Shown one piece after another: positions 1-11,985 of a stretch of DNA of 64,000 bases; position 1 is the stretch's first letter; every line of letters starts with the position of its first letter. The stretch is from NCBI GenBank assembly GCA_964016885.1, contig OZ024746.1, positions 186,001 through 250,000 on the forward strand, read 5' to 3'. The stretch comes from Eledone cirrhosa (Eukaryota). The position numbers were made by a program, and so were the translations under genes. Below the pieces are notes generated by a model. The model saw only the letters and a list, made by a program, of their open reading frames with translations. It ran no database searches and was not told the DNA's origin.

Positions 1-327
1 TGTGGACTGGGAAACTTTTTACGTGTCTCCTACATTACAGCATGGACTGTGTTTTGTCGTGACACCTACACAATCATTCTACAGAGAAAGAGTGTGGGTG
101 AAGTGGAATGATGGAGTAGGGAGTAGGGTGTATATTTGGTTAAGGGGTGCCTGCTGACTGTAGGTTTAACTTTGTATGCAAGGGAAGGTGTGACTTCTGT
201 ATTACTGCGTAGCGCCAAAGGTAACATTGTCTTAAAGAGGTGTAAGTGTGTAAGGTCAGTTTTTATCACCTCATCCCAGGTTTTTCTGGGTCTACCTACT
301 CCATAACTTCCATCAATTTTGATTGCT
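1..327 (-). mobile_element. RTE-clade LINE 3' fragment (ORF end and 3' UTR), runs off the window
   Basis: Minus translation RAIKIDGSYGVGRPRKTWDEVIKTDL; reverse-complement homology to about 1008-1390. Confidence 0.85.
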
Positions 328-360
328 CTATATATACACACACACACGCATATATATATA

Positions 361-1550
361 TGACTAAAGTTCTAGTTTGTAGGAAGGAAAATAGGGCACC
401 GGTCCCATCCGGGAAATGGCCATGCTCAGTGTGTAGGAAAGGAGTAGGTAGAAACTCCATTTTATGTCCCAAATACAAAGTATTGGTGCATAAAAGATGT
501 AGTGGGATCACAGGTAAGCTAACTAAGAACATAGATTTTATGTGGCCGGTGCTCTGGTGCAATTCTATTGCACAGATGGTTCTATAGAAATAGTGGACAC
601 CTTCCATTACTTGGGTGACAAAATCAACAGTGGTGGAGGGTGCTCTGAAAGTACAGTAGCTAGAGTCAGAACTGGATGGAAAAAGTTCAGAGAGCTTATA
701 CCACTATTAACCGCTAAAGGGGTCTCTCTAAAAATGAAAGGCAGGCTGTATGATGCCTGCATACGAACAGCAATGTTACATGGCAGTGAGACCTGGGCAT
801 TGTGTGCAGAGGATATACGCAGACTGGAGAGGAACGAAGCTTGCATGTTCCGCTGGATGTGTAATAGTAATATACGTGAACGGCAAAGCATAAACAAACT
901 AAGGAAAAAATTAGAAATAAGAGGGATCAGATGTTTACTCGAGAGAAGACTACGTTGGTATGGTCACGTGATGCGCATGAAAGACGACAGCTGTATAAAA
1001 AAGTGCAGGGCAATAAAAATAGACAGTAGCCACGGAGTAGGCAGACTCAGAAAAACCTGGGACGACTTGATAAATTCCGACCTCACACACTTACACCTCT
1101 CCAAGACAATGTCACTGGACCGAGATCTTTGGCGCTACACAGTAATACAGAAGACCCGCCTTACCTAAGTACAAAGTGAAACCTACTACAGTCAGTAGGC
1201 ACCTCTAACAAATACACCCCCGTCCCACTACCCACACACCACCCACACCACCCCTTTCAATGTAAAGTTATGTTGGTACCACAACATCCAGTCCGAAACA
1301 AATGAGGTTGTGTAGGTGTCACGACAAAAAAACACACAGTCCACGCTGTAATGTGGCCGTGTAGGTAACACAGTAAAAACCTCCTAGTCCACACTGTAAA
1401 CGTGGTTGGTGTTAGGAAGGGCATTCAGCCGTAGAAAACCCGCCAGACAGTCCTGAGCAAGACAACCAATCTTGCCTCAAGTGGGACAATTCCCGTCCAG
1501 ACCCATGCTAGCATGGAAAATGGACGTTAAACGATGTTGATGATGATGAT
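361..1550 (+). mobile_element. 5'-truncated RTE-clade LINE with Cys/His finger, RT C-terminus, 3' UTR and (GAT)n tail
   Basis: ORFs 246-587 and 542-1168 (KWPCSVCRKG, FHYLG, MLHGSETW, RRLRWYGHV); ends CCATGCTAGCATGG...GACGTTAAACGATGTTGATGATG. Confidence 0.92.
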
Positions 1551-2381
1551 ATATGGTGTCATTATAAAATGCACTTAGTAGAGCTCTGAACCGAATGTCA
1601 GTGAGAAGAAGTTTCCTAAGCTTATCTGAGAGGTCAGTAGCTCCACTTGAGTAGAGTGAGCCTGTGAAGACCTGTCTAATCCTTGCTTTCATATAGTTTT
1701 GCGCTCCGCTGGATGTATTTTATAATGACACCAGCATTAGGGAGGTTGTCATGTCTTTGACACAATTGAATGCTTCTCACAACCCGGCTGGATGCCCTTC
1801 CTATCAACAACTACTTTACACTGTGTACTGGCTGCCTTTATCGTGTAGAACACCAACACTAGTGAGGTTGTTGCGCTGTTGATACAACTGAAGGGTCTTC
1901 TTAACCCTTTTTTGCATGGTTTCTACAGTGGGATGCCTTCCTATTGCCAACATCTAACACGTTAAACTGGGTGCATTTTCATGGCACCAGTGCTAGAGAT
2001 GTTGTTGGTTATTGTCCTAACTGAAGAGTCCTCTCTGCTCTGGAGGGATAGAGTGGTGAAAAAGAAGATAAGTATGATGTTATGCATATATGGCAGGTGT
2101 GGTGGGATTTGACTGGGAGGGGTGGCCTCTGATAGTCACAGGTGTGTCAAGGTTTTTAGAAGGGGGATCTAGTGATAATAGGAGAATAGCTAAGAGGTGA
2201 TAGTGGCAGGGGCATAGAAGGGGTTACCTATAACATGAGGGTGCTACTGACTGGTATGTCTAGATTTAGAGCCTGTGAATAGTTAATGAGTAGTAGTGGA
2301 GTGGGAAAGGGTGGGAGTGCCATTACACAGGGATTGAGAGATCAGCTACTAAGGTGTAATAGGAATTTAGAGGGTGGTATA

Positions 2382-2773
2382 GTTGTACTAAATATTGGTG
2401 TTGTTGTTGTTCTAAATATTGGTGTTGACGTTGTACTAAATATTGGTGTTGTTGTTGTACTAAATATTGGTGTTGGTGTTGTACTAAATATTGGTGTTGG
2501 CGTTGTACTAAATATTGGTGTTGTTGTTGTACTAAATATTGGTGTTGGTGTTGTACTAAATATTGGTGTTGGCGTTGTACTAAATATTGGTGTTGTTGTT
2601 GTACTAAATATTGGTGTTGTACTAAATATTGGTGTTGTTGTTGTATTAAATATTGGTGTGGTACTAAATATTGGTGTTGTTGTTGTACTAAATATTGGTG
2701 TTGGTGTTGTACTAAATATTGGTATTGGCATTGTACTAAATATTGGTGTTGTTGTTGTACTAAATATTGGTGT
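2382..2773. repeat. 24-bp minisatellite (GTTGTTGTTGTACTAAATATTGGT), 17 copies
   Basis: Direct inspection; 17 LNIG units in the ORF track, two of them 18-bp variants. Confidence 0.95.
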
Positions 2774-2788
2774 TTGTTCACATTGCAG

Positions 2789-2883
2789 TCGAGATCCACG
2801 GGAACCTCTTACCCTCAGCCCAGCCGTTTTTCCAATGAAATCAAGGCTGAGTTGACATCAATAAAAGGAATTCTTCTCAGCAG
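2789..2883 (+). CDS. PEX14: Peroxin 14, penultimate coding exon
   Basis: ttgcag| SRSTGTSYPQPSRFSNEIKAELTSIKGILLS-AG |gtaat. Matches the recalled PEX14 motif [21 protein letters not shown]; phase 2 joins 9969. Confidence 0.88.
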
Positions 2884-3764
2884 GTAATATATTATAATAA
2901 CTGTCCAGCCTACAATCTGTCTGTCACACAAACACTACACTCTGTCAAGTCAAATATGTTGCAAAATTTTCATTTAGAATTCATGGGGTGGGTGTGTTAA
3001 AAATGTATTTTCTGTCAACAGCGCTGTCTATCTCTTTCTTTTTTGCTCTACCTGTGTGTGCACACACACACACACATATATATATATATTAGATATTAAT
3101 TCAACAATGAAAATAATAACAACAATGTCAAGTTGTTTAACCTATTCATATAATTGTTTTACGATCTATAGCAGTTATATAACTCTATACTATCAGACTT
3201 CATATGTAAGTTCGATCAGACCGTCTTCTTCAGAAAAATGAAGTTAGAATCTTTATTGGTGGTATATAAACAGGGTAACCATGTTATAACCGTCTAACCC
3301 ATGCTAGCGTGGAAGATGGACGTTAAATGATGATGATGATAGCTACAAGAATAGACATACCATACAAATATATATTCCAGGCCTCCCTAGATTGATGCTG
3401 ACACTGGGAGGAGAATAGTGGAATCCTATGTACCAATGTCATTTGAAGTTGTTAAGTGGGTGAATATCAGTGCAAAGACAATGACTAAGAAGGGGTAGGA
3501 TGGGAGTGATAAAAGAAGAGGGGGTGTATGAGAAGGGGTAGATGAAGAAGAAGGAGAAGAAGGATAGGAGGATAGATAGGAAGGGGTGGTAAGAGAAGAA
3601 GAAGAAGACATAGAAGGAGAAGGAGACACAGAAGAGAAAGAGAGATAAGAAGATCATTATTGTGGTGATTGTCCCAGGTGTAATAAATCTTCAATGAGAA
3701 GATGTTTTAATAGATGGATGCTAAGTACCAGGTTGATAAGAAGTAAAATAAACTAATAAAATAA

Positions 3765-4175
3765 TAATAATAATAATAATAATGAAATTATTGTGTAAAG
3801 TGCTCAGGTCCACTACAACTTGTCAAAGGTGCATGTATAGTACATAGAATAATATACAAATGTCAGGGAAGTGAATAGTGTATGAGTCATAATATACATG
3901 TGTGTATGTGTATGGAGGGGAAATATTAGGTGTAGTGTTGGCGAATCTCGGGAAGCATGGAGGTTTTAAAGGATGCAGTGTCTCGACAGCTAACAACTGA
4001 TGCAGGTAGTTTGTTCCATGCTTCAGCAACTCTGAGCATGAAAAAATGTTTCCGAAAGTCATGGGAGCTGTGCTGTTTTCTGACTTTGTGGGCATGTCCA
4101 CGTGTGTTAGACACATGGAAATCAAAAAGGTACTCAGGGTTGTTGTTGGCAAGATGGTTACTTGGGTGTTCCAAT
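3765..4175 (-). mobile_element. CR1-clade LINE 3' fragment with (ATT)n tail
   Basis: SNTRGHAHKVRKQHS..FFMLRVAEAWNKLP; homologous to 33058-33645. Confidence 0.85.
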
Positions 4176-4803
4176 TCCGATATAGTGAAAACATTTGGTT
4201 ATTGGACTAACTTATAAGTTGTTGTATTGCTAACCTGAGAAATCACTATTTAGCAAACAATAATAGATAAATTAATGATATTTAATAAAACCTAATTTGG
4301 AAAGTGTATCCTAATTGGGGTTATATGTGTATATACAAATACACACACACACACACATATACATATGTAGCATGAGAAACATTTATTTCCTAAGTTAACT
4401 ATTGATTTAGGATTGGTAATGGAGCTCGGATATAGGAAGAATTTTGTGCTAAATGTATAAGTTGTTTGGGTTAATTCTTAAGACATATTACAGGTGTATT
4501 GTAACTCTAACTTTGGAAGAATTATTGAGTAAAATAAAGAAAATTTTAAGGTTAAAAATTTATCCCAAGTTGGCAGATATTAATGCATGGTAATTAAAGT
4601 TGGATTAAGATTTCTTATTTGGATATTGCTTTTAATTATTGACAAGGGTTTAGATAGAAGTATATAACTCTCATTAAATCAATTTGGTTAGTTAGAATGG
4701 TAGACCACATTGAAAAAAGTATATATATATATATTGGAAAATGTGTGAAATCTTTGGTGCAGTTAAGTATATTTGAAAAATATGAAAAAAATGACTTCAC
4801 GTG

Positions 4804-4891
4804 TAGTTCTAAACAATTTCAGTTTATAATATTACAATGTAGATCTACATTGTAAAATTGTAATATTATAAAATTAAATTATTTAGAACTA
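4804..4891. repeat. AT-rich imperfect palindrome
   Basis: Perfect core TTACAATGTAGATCTACATTGTAA; outer arms TAGTTCTAAA...TTTAGAACTA. Confidence 0.8.
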
Positions 4892-4999
4892 AAGCTACGA
4901 AGCAAGCGAGTTGCTTTTCATCGTATTCCGCTTATAATGTCTATAAATTCATCTATTTTTCTTTGCCACCCATAGACATCTAGACTTACTCAGAGCCCA

Positions 5000-7900
5000 A
5001 TGTATTTATACTTACTTATCTATCTCATCCCTGCCACCACACACCACCATAGACTTATTGACCAATCAAACCACAACATACCTTCATCCATCACTCGCAG
5101 CAACAAATGTTACTACTCACTATCTTTCTTAACCATTCTCCTCTCGAGAAATCTCTGTCTATCATTGTCTATGGATTAGCTGAAGATAATGAACAACTTT
5201 GAATGAATATGAACCTACACGTTTCCAGGCGACCATGCGAATCCTTAATTCAGATTCAGAAAACATACACCCACCCCCTACTCCACAAAAACCCACCCTC
5301 CCCCATTGACGTCAAACTCCCAAAATTCCGAATAGGCACCATCAACGTGAGCACAATGAAAGGAAGAACAGGAGAAATTATAAAGATGTTAGAGTGAAAG
5401 GAAATTGATGTATGTTGTGTACAAGAGACTAGGTGAAGAGGAGGGTCTGTTAGGCTCCTCGCTGGTAAAAACCAGTGTGACAAATTTTTCTGGGTGGTGT
5501 CGGTATACTACTAGCTGACAACTGGGTAGATAAGGTAATCTCAGTCAACAGAGTAAACGCGAGAATCATTAAACTTAGACTAGTCCTAAATAAAACAATA
5601 GCTACAATTATATCCGCTTACACACCTCAATCTGGGTTGCCAGGCGAACTTAAGGATAGGTTTTTATGTATCCATAATGTACACTACCACTAATGAACGA
5701 CAATGACATCCTATTCATTGCAGGGGACTTTACGGACACGTTGAGAAACATAGTGATGGCTTCTACAAAGTCCATGTAGACTACAGGTTTGGTGTAAGAA
5801 ATGAAGGAGGTTACAGGCTTCTAGAATTCTGCGATGCCAATGACCTGTCGATATGTAACACAAACTTCAAAAAAAACCCAACAACCACCTGATCACCTAT
5901 AGACCAGGGGAGATTACTAGGCAGATAGATTTTATCCCTACCAGAGGACGAGATAGGTGGATGGTTTTAAACACAAAAGCTTTCCCGGGCGAGGAATGTA
6001 TCTCCCAACACAGCCTAGTAGTCAGTGATTTCACTGTCAGAGCTAGACAAACTTTGAAACAAAAGGCAACCCGGAGAAGAAAGATCTGGAAGCTGAACGA
6101 TCCCTCAGCCAATAACAGATTTAGAGATAATTTACTTGTTGCTTATGATGGTAAAGAACAGATAGAGACATTCAATGTAGGAAAGCACTGGCAGTTCCTA
6201 AAAAATAACCTACTAAAAGTGACAGACAAGATCTGTGGTTGGAGCAAGACTACAGGGAGGAGGAGAGTGACTTGGTGGTGGAACAATAAGGTAGATGAGG
6301 CAATTAAGGCCAAGAGAAGCATGGAAACAATGGCAGAACGGGGGTAGCACGATACATTACATAGCGACTAGGTGGGAAGCTAGGCGACAAGTTTACTTAG
6401 CTAGAAGGGAAGCGAAGGATAAAAAAGCATGTTTTGCTGCATGAGGACCAGAAACAGGAGGTGTTCAGGATTACGAGGCAGTGTGTTAGAGAAAATTGTG
6501 ATGTCATTGGTAGAAAGTGTGCCTGGGATGATAAAGGTGAGTTTGCCCTCACAGATGCTGAGAAGAAAGAAGCATGGAAGAGCCATTATGAAAGATTACT
6601 GAATGAGGAGAATGCATGGAAGAAAGAGACCCTACTTTAAGCAAACCCCATTGAGGAGCCCAGCAGTACAAGTCAGTAGCAGGGAAGTTAGTAAGGCATT
6701 TAAGGATGAAAACTAGGAAAGCAGCCAGTCCGTCAGGAATAGTTGCTAAGATGCTGAAAACATCTGGGTCAGTAGGATACACCATAACAAAGCGTATTGT
6801 AAACCATGTAGTACTAGATGGCATCATACCATATGAGTAGTGCAGCAGCATTATTGTCAACTGCTATAAGGGTAATGGGGATGCACTAGATAGAGGAAAC
6901 TATAGAGGTCTAAAACTGATGGACCAGGTAAGGAAAGTAACTGAAAGAGTTATAGCACTGCTGATTGGGTGCTTAGAAAACTATAAGTAGATGAGTGGCT
7001 TGTAAAGGCTGTACAAGCCATGTATAGAGGAGCAGTCAGCAAAGTCAGGATTAACAATGACTATAGCGAAGAATTTAGCATGCAGGTTGGTGTCCACCAA
7101 GGCTCTATTCTTAGCCCTCTCCTGTTTATTATCGTATTGCAGGCTGTAACAGGCATTTAAGACCGGATGCCCATGGGAACTTCTGTATGCGGATGATCTT
7201 ACGCTCATAACTGAATCTATGGTGGAACTAGGAAAAAAATTCCAACGAAGGGGTCTCAAAGTCAAGCTAACAAAGAGTAAAGTCCTTGTAAGTAGAAGAG
7301 AAAACAGAACTCAGATTTCCTCAGGGAAGTGGCCTTGCTCAGTATGTAGGAAAGGTGTAGGGAGGAACTCCATCCTCTGCCCCAAATGCAAACTGGGTAC
7401 ACAAGAGATGTAGTGGGATCTCATGGAGTTTAACTAAGAATGTAGGCTTTACATGTAGCAGTTGCACTGGAACAGTAAGGAGCAAACAACCGCAGGAAGA
7501 GGTGCTACCAAATTCTGGGAGGGCTCTGTAGAATAGACAGCTGCTATTTAGGTGACCGAATTAGTAGTGGTGGTGGGTGTTCTGAAAGTACAGTAGCCAG
7601 AGTAAGAACGGGATGGAGGAAGTTCAGGGGGCTACTACCACTGCTGGCTAAAAAAGACTTCTCCCTCAGAATGATGCATGCATACAAACAGCAATGTTGC
7701 ATGGCAGTGAGACCTGGGCGCTGTGTGCAAATAAGTTGCGTAGATTGGAAAGAAATGAAGCCTGCTTGCTCTGATAGATGTATAATAGTAATATATGAGA
7801 ATGGCGAAGCATAAATGAACTGAGAGAGAAACAAAGCATAAAAGGAATCAAATGCTGTGTGCAGGAGAGGCGGTTGCTTTGGTATGGACATGTGTTGCAT

Positions 7901-8160
7901 ATGAAGGATGACAGCTGTATAAAAAGGTGCAGAGCACTCAAAGTCGTTGGAAGCCTTGGAGTGGGGACACCCTGGAAGACTTTGCACCTCTCAAAGGCGA
8001 TGACACAGAACTGGGATCTCTGGCTATACGCAGTTTTCGATAAGACACAACTTCCCCCAAGCACAAACTGAAGCATATATACAGTAAGCTACACTCCCAT
8101 ATACCCCCCCCCCCCCATGCTAGCGTGGAAAATGGACGTAAAGATGGGGGTGATGATAAT
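5000..8160 (+). mobile_element. Near full-length decayed RTE LINE (APE, RT, Cys/His finger)
   Basis: APE start RIGTINVSTMKGR; VTWWWN; GVHQGS; LLYADDL at about 7180-7200; KWPCSVC; many stops and frameshifts, RT deletion near 6970; tail near 8115-8160. Confidence 0.9.
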
Positions 8161-8224
8161 ATGTGCGCATATACACAAATATGTATATATAGATATATAG
8201 ACCATGTGTGTATATATGTATATA

Positions 8225-8445
8225 ACATCCAGCCCACACTGTAAAGTGGACGTGTAAAAGACATGCCAAAAAGCACCCAGCACACACTGTCAATGTGGTT
8301 GGCATTAGGAAGGTCATCCAGCTGTAGAAAACCAGCCAGAAACACTCCTATATGAGTGAGACACGGTCACTCGACCCAACTTGCCTCTAAATGGGACCCA
8401 TTTAACCCATGGTAGCGTGGAAGACGTTAATTGATGATGATGATA
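8225..8445 (+). mobile_element. RTE 3'-UTR-only copy
   Basis: GGTTGGCATTAGGAAGG..CCAGCTGTAGAAAA...CCCATGGTAGCGTGGAAGACGTTAA(GAT)n. Confidence 0.7.
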
Positions 8446-8464
8446 TATATATTCACCATGCAAA

Positions 8465-8758
8465 CATTCGAATAAGTGGGAGGTGGGGATTTTTATAGGT
8501 TGTCTCCATTAATATTCTTTTAAAAACCAGAATTAGTCATTTAATTTACATATTGAAACCCCAACCCGTCCTATATATCTTATAACACATGGAAATTCTA
8601 GTAAAATGCTTTTTTGGTCATGTATAATATTTTTTAATGTGTAAAGAAAATTAATTGTCGCAGGAATGCTACCATTTAAAATAAAATTTTTTGCAGGGAT
8701 AGAATTGTAAAATTTTATAAATGTGGGTGGGGGCGATTATTCGAGACCCTGGTGTGTG
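8465..8758 (+). mobile_element. Non-autonomous dispersed repeat, probably a MITE; other copies at 10585-10880 and 63043-63500
   Basis: Shared blocks AGGTTGTCTC, TTTTGTCATGTATAAT, AAAGAAAATTAATTGTCGCAGGAATGCT; termini GGGTCCCAAATAAT / ATTATTCGAGACCC. Confidence 0.6.
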
Positions 8759-9734
8759 TAAAATCGATGTGATGTATATAATACATTTTCATCAAACTAG
8801 AGTTATGTCCCTTGTACCACTAAAATCCTTATCTGTTTTGTTTAACAAATCTTTTTATTTTTACTTTTATTTATATATTTATTTTTAATGTCGTTACTTT
8901 ATAGTTACCTACCTACATTGTCCACACCTGTCCTTAGAATTTAGATCATGTTTATTTCTCTAGAAACAGGTTTTAATAATATATATATATGATAAAAAAT
9001 AATATCCCAGTACATGCTGTAAAGTGGTTGGGAGACAATATTGGATAGAGAGGACCCTAAGTCCTATTGTGGACATAACAACCTCTAGTGTTAGTGCTAT
9101 GATAAAATACACCCAGTACACTCTGTAAAGTGGTAGTGTTGGTATCATGATAACATACACCCAGTACACTCTGTAAAGTGGTAGTGCTGGTTCCATGATA
9201 AAATAGACCCAGTACAGACTGTAAAGAAGTTGGTATTAGGAAGAGTGTACAGTCATAGAAACTGTGTCAAAAACAGAACATATGAATGAGATGTGGTCTT
9301 CCAACCTAGAGGGCAGTGAATCTGAATAACAATTGACTGTTAACGACCCAAGCCATCCAACATGGAAAAGCAGATATAAAATGATGAAGCAGATATATCC
9401 AAAACACAAAGGCATATCATTAACATCAACCTTATATTATGTTTGATGATGAATATTATCAAATATATCATTGTTATACTTTATAAACTTAACAAAGTTA
9501 TGTAAACTTAAATTTTAAGAGAATTATTTGTTTAAAATGTAAAATATACAAAGTTTCTTAGGATTCGAAGGCCCCTTTGGTCACAAATTACCATGGTTTT
9601 GCACTTAGAAAGTTGCTGTCTGAGGCACAAGCCTAGGCAAGATGTGCTTGTGGAAGACCAGTAATTGTACATACATAGCAGTCTACCACTGATGTTGTCC
9701 AAGGGAAAAGCAATGGTTGATACAGCTTGACACC

Positions 9735-9872
9735 AGTCGCAACTCATTTCTACAGCTGAGTAAACTGGAGCAATGTAAAATAAAATGTCTTGTTCAAGCA
9801 CACAAGTCCAGGATTCAAACTTACAACCTTACGATTGTGAGCTCAACGCTCTAACCACAAAGCAACACCTTC
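9735..9872 (-). mobile_element. tRNA-derived SINE family 2 fragment
   Basis: CTCATTTCTACAGCTGAGTAAACTGGAGCAATG..GTCTTG..GCTCTAACCAC; same as 59430-59578. Confidence 0.7.
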
Positions 9873-9968
9873 ACTTCTTCGGATTACACACTTAATAATT
9901 GCTTACAATTCCCTGGCTTAAATTTTATTTTTATTTTCAGTGTGTGACTCACTTATTTTTTATTTCAG

Positions 9969-10269
9969 GAAGCAATTTTCACCTATACCAAACACAACAG
10001 CAACTCTTCCCTCATGGCAGCTATCAGAAGAAAGTAAAAATTCTAACAGTAGCAGCCAAATAGAGCTAACTGGTGGAAAACCATCTGAAGACAAAATCAA
10101 ATGTGATGAAAAAGAGCCAGTAAATCCTGTGACAGCTTCAGGACAATCAAGTGGAGATTCTTCAGATATTAGTCCTGTGAACAGTGAAGGTTTAGCACCA
10201 GATATTGCAGACTTGAATAACGTTAACGAAGGCAACAATGAAGATCCTGCTGCTTCTACATACACATAA
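9969..10269 (+). CDS. PEX14: Peroxin 14, terminal coding exon (acidic, disordered tail)
   Basis: tatttcag|G KQFSPIPNTTATLPSWQLS...PAASTYT*; matches recalled RRQFPPSP..KIPSWQ; frame fits the upstream exon. Confidence 0.88.
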
Positions 10270-10584
10270 ATAATGATGTTGATACAATCCAAGAATGAAT
10301 ATCTATATATATATATATATACACGCATATACATGTATGTGTGTATATATGTCTATATATATTAAACAGAATCAACAAAAACTGAGAGTGGGGGAATTAT
10401 TGGAAGTGTGTATTTTTATTCTAAATCTCTTTGAGAGATTTTTACAAAATATTTACTGGCAACTAATGGCTAAATACATACAGGGTCAGAGTGAACACTG
10501 CTGCTGGGTGTGAATGTGATGAAACAGTTGTATGATTAAAAGTAGGGATCACTGGGAGTTTCTGTTAGCTTCATAAACATATTT

Positions 10585-10880
10585 TGGGGTCCCAAATAAT
10601 AGGGGTGAGCTGGAAAATTCGTAATTTTTCTAGGTTGTCTCCATTGATTTTTTTTTTTGAGACCCCACCCATACTGTTTATTTCATAACGTATGCGATTT
10701 CTTGTAATATACTTTTTTGTCATGTATAATGTTATTTAATGTCTAAAGAAAATTAATTGTCGCAGGAATGCTGCTACTTAAAATAAAATTTCACCAGAGA
10801 TAGATTAGTAAAATTTAATAAGCTGTGGAGTTGGAAAAATGATTATGCAGGAAGGGAGGGATTTTTCAAGACCCGAGGTA
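10585..10880 (+). mobile_element. MITE-like repeat, same family as 8465-8758
   Basis: GGGGTCCCAAATAATAGGGG ... TTTTCAAGACCCGAGGTA. Confidence 0.6.
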
Positions 10881-11275
10881 GATATATTTTTTTGTTGTAG
10901 TTAAATATGAAAGCTTGCTGGTAAATTTAACTATAGTTGCATACAGCAATGAAGGAGTTGAATTATAACTTGATTTATAATGTTCATTTTGAAAATATCA
11001 ACTATCAGCTAAAACACCTTGATTTATTTGATAGATATTATGATTACACACTTGAATTAATTCTCTAATCCTTGCTTCAGAGTTCAAAATTAATGTTGGT
11101 AATTATATATAAAGAACCAGTTTTATTTTATACTGTAAACAGCCAAGTTTGATGAACACAAACAAACACGTTTGTTTTGTTCTAAACTGTTAAATACATT
11201 CTGTGAAGTTATTGATGATTGTAGGTAATACAGGGTAAAGAAAAGTCTTTAGTCTGACTGAGGGATTTACTGAAA

Positions 11276-11486
11276 TTATTATTTCATTACTAAGATAGTA
11301 ACTTAATGTAAAGTTCTTATATAAAAATTATGTTGGAAGATTTTAGTTTAAATAGGAACCTATTTCAATTAATTAATTATTTTGATAGATTTACTAAACT
11401 TATTTATTTCATTAGTAAGATAGTAACTTAATGTAAGGTTCTTATATAAAATTATGTTGGAAGACTTTAATTTAAATTAGAAACCT
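11276..11486. repeat. Local direct duplication, two copies of about 90 bp
   Basis: TAAGATAGTAACTTAATGTAA..TTCTTATATAAAA..TTATGTTGGAAGA occurs twice. Confidence 0.8.
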
Positions 11487-11793
11487 TTAAAATGGTTGGT
11501 TTTATTTCATAGAATCAGAACTGGCTTTGGCTGGGTTGGTAACTAAAGTAGTTAAAGTTGCATTGTCTAATTATAGAGATAAAACTATTTCATCATCGTT
11601 GCATCATTTCTGATAAAATAGAAAATTACTAACAGATAAGTCAGTTTATAAATAGTAAATATGTATTTCCCCAGCAGAGATAAATAATTGCATATAAATA
11701 GTGCAGTACGTACTGATTAGGTTGATATGTGTTAATGATTGGTGATATATTATTGCACACTTTATATTGATATGTGTTAAGGATTGGTGGTGT

Positions 11794-11985
11794 ATCATCA
11801 TCATCATCATCGTCGTTTAACGTCTATTTTTCCACGCTAGCATGGGTTAGACGGGTTTGTCCCATTAGAGGCAAGTTGGGTCGGGTGACCGTATCTCGCT
11901 CATATAGGACTGTTTCTGGCTGGTTTTCTACGGCTGGATGCCCTTCCTAACACCAATCACATTTACAGTGTGGGTTGGGGGGCTT
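11794..11985 (-). mobile_element. RTE 3'-UTR-only copy inserted into a degenerate ~45-bp tandem repeat (11718-12095)
   Basis: (ATC)n GTTTAACGTC..CCACGCTAGCATGGG; flanks repeat TATTGATATGTGTTAAGGATTGGTGG. Confidence 0.75.

Noticed and set aside
2286-2855. Val-rich, Gln-rich and Thr-rich ORFs
   Set aside because: Products of a 24-bp repeat; the real exon uses another frame from 2789
3195-3240. Minus-strand CTGAAGA...GAAC hammerhead-like string
   Set aside because: GAAA core is broken and the stems are not convincing
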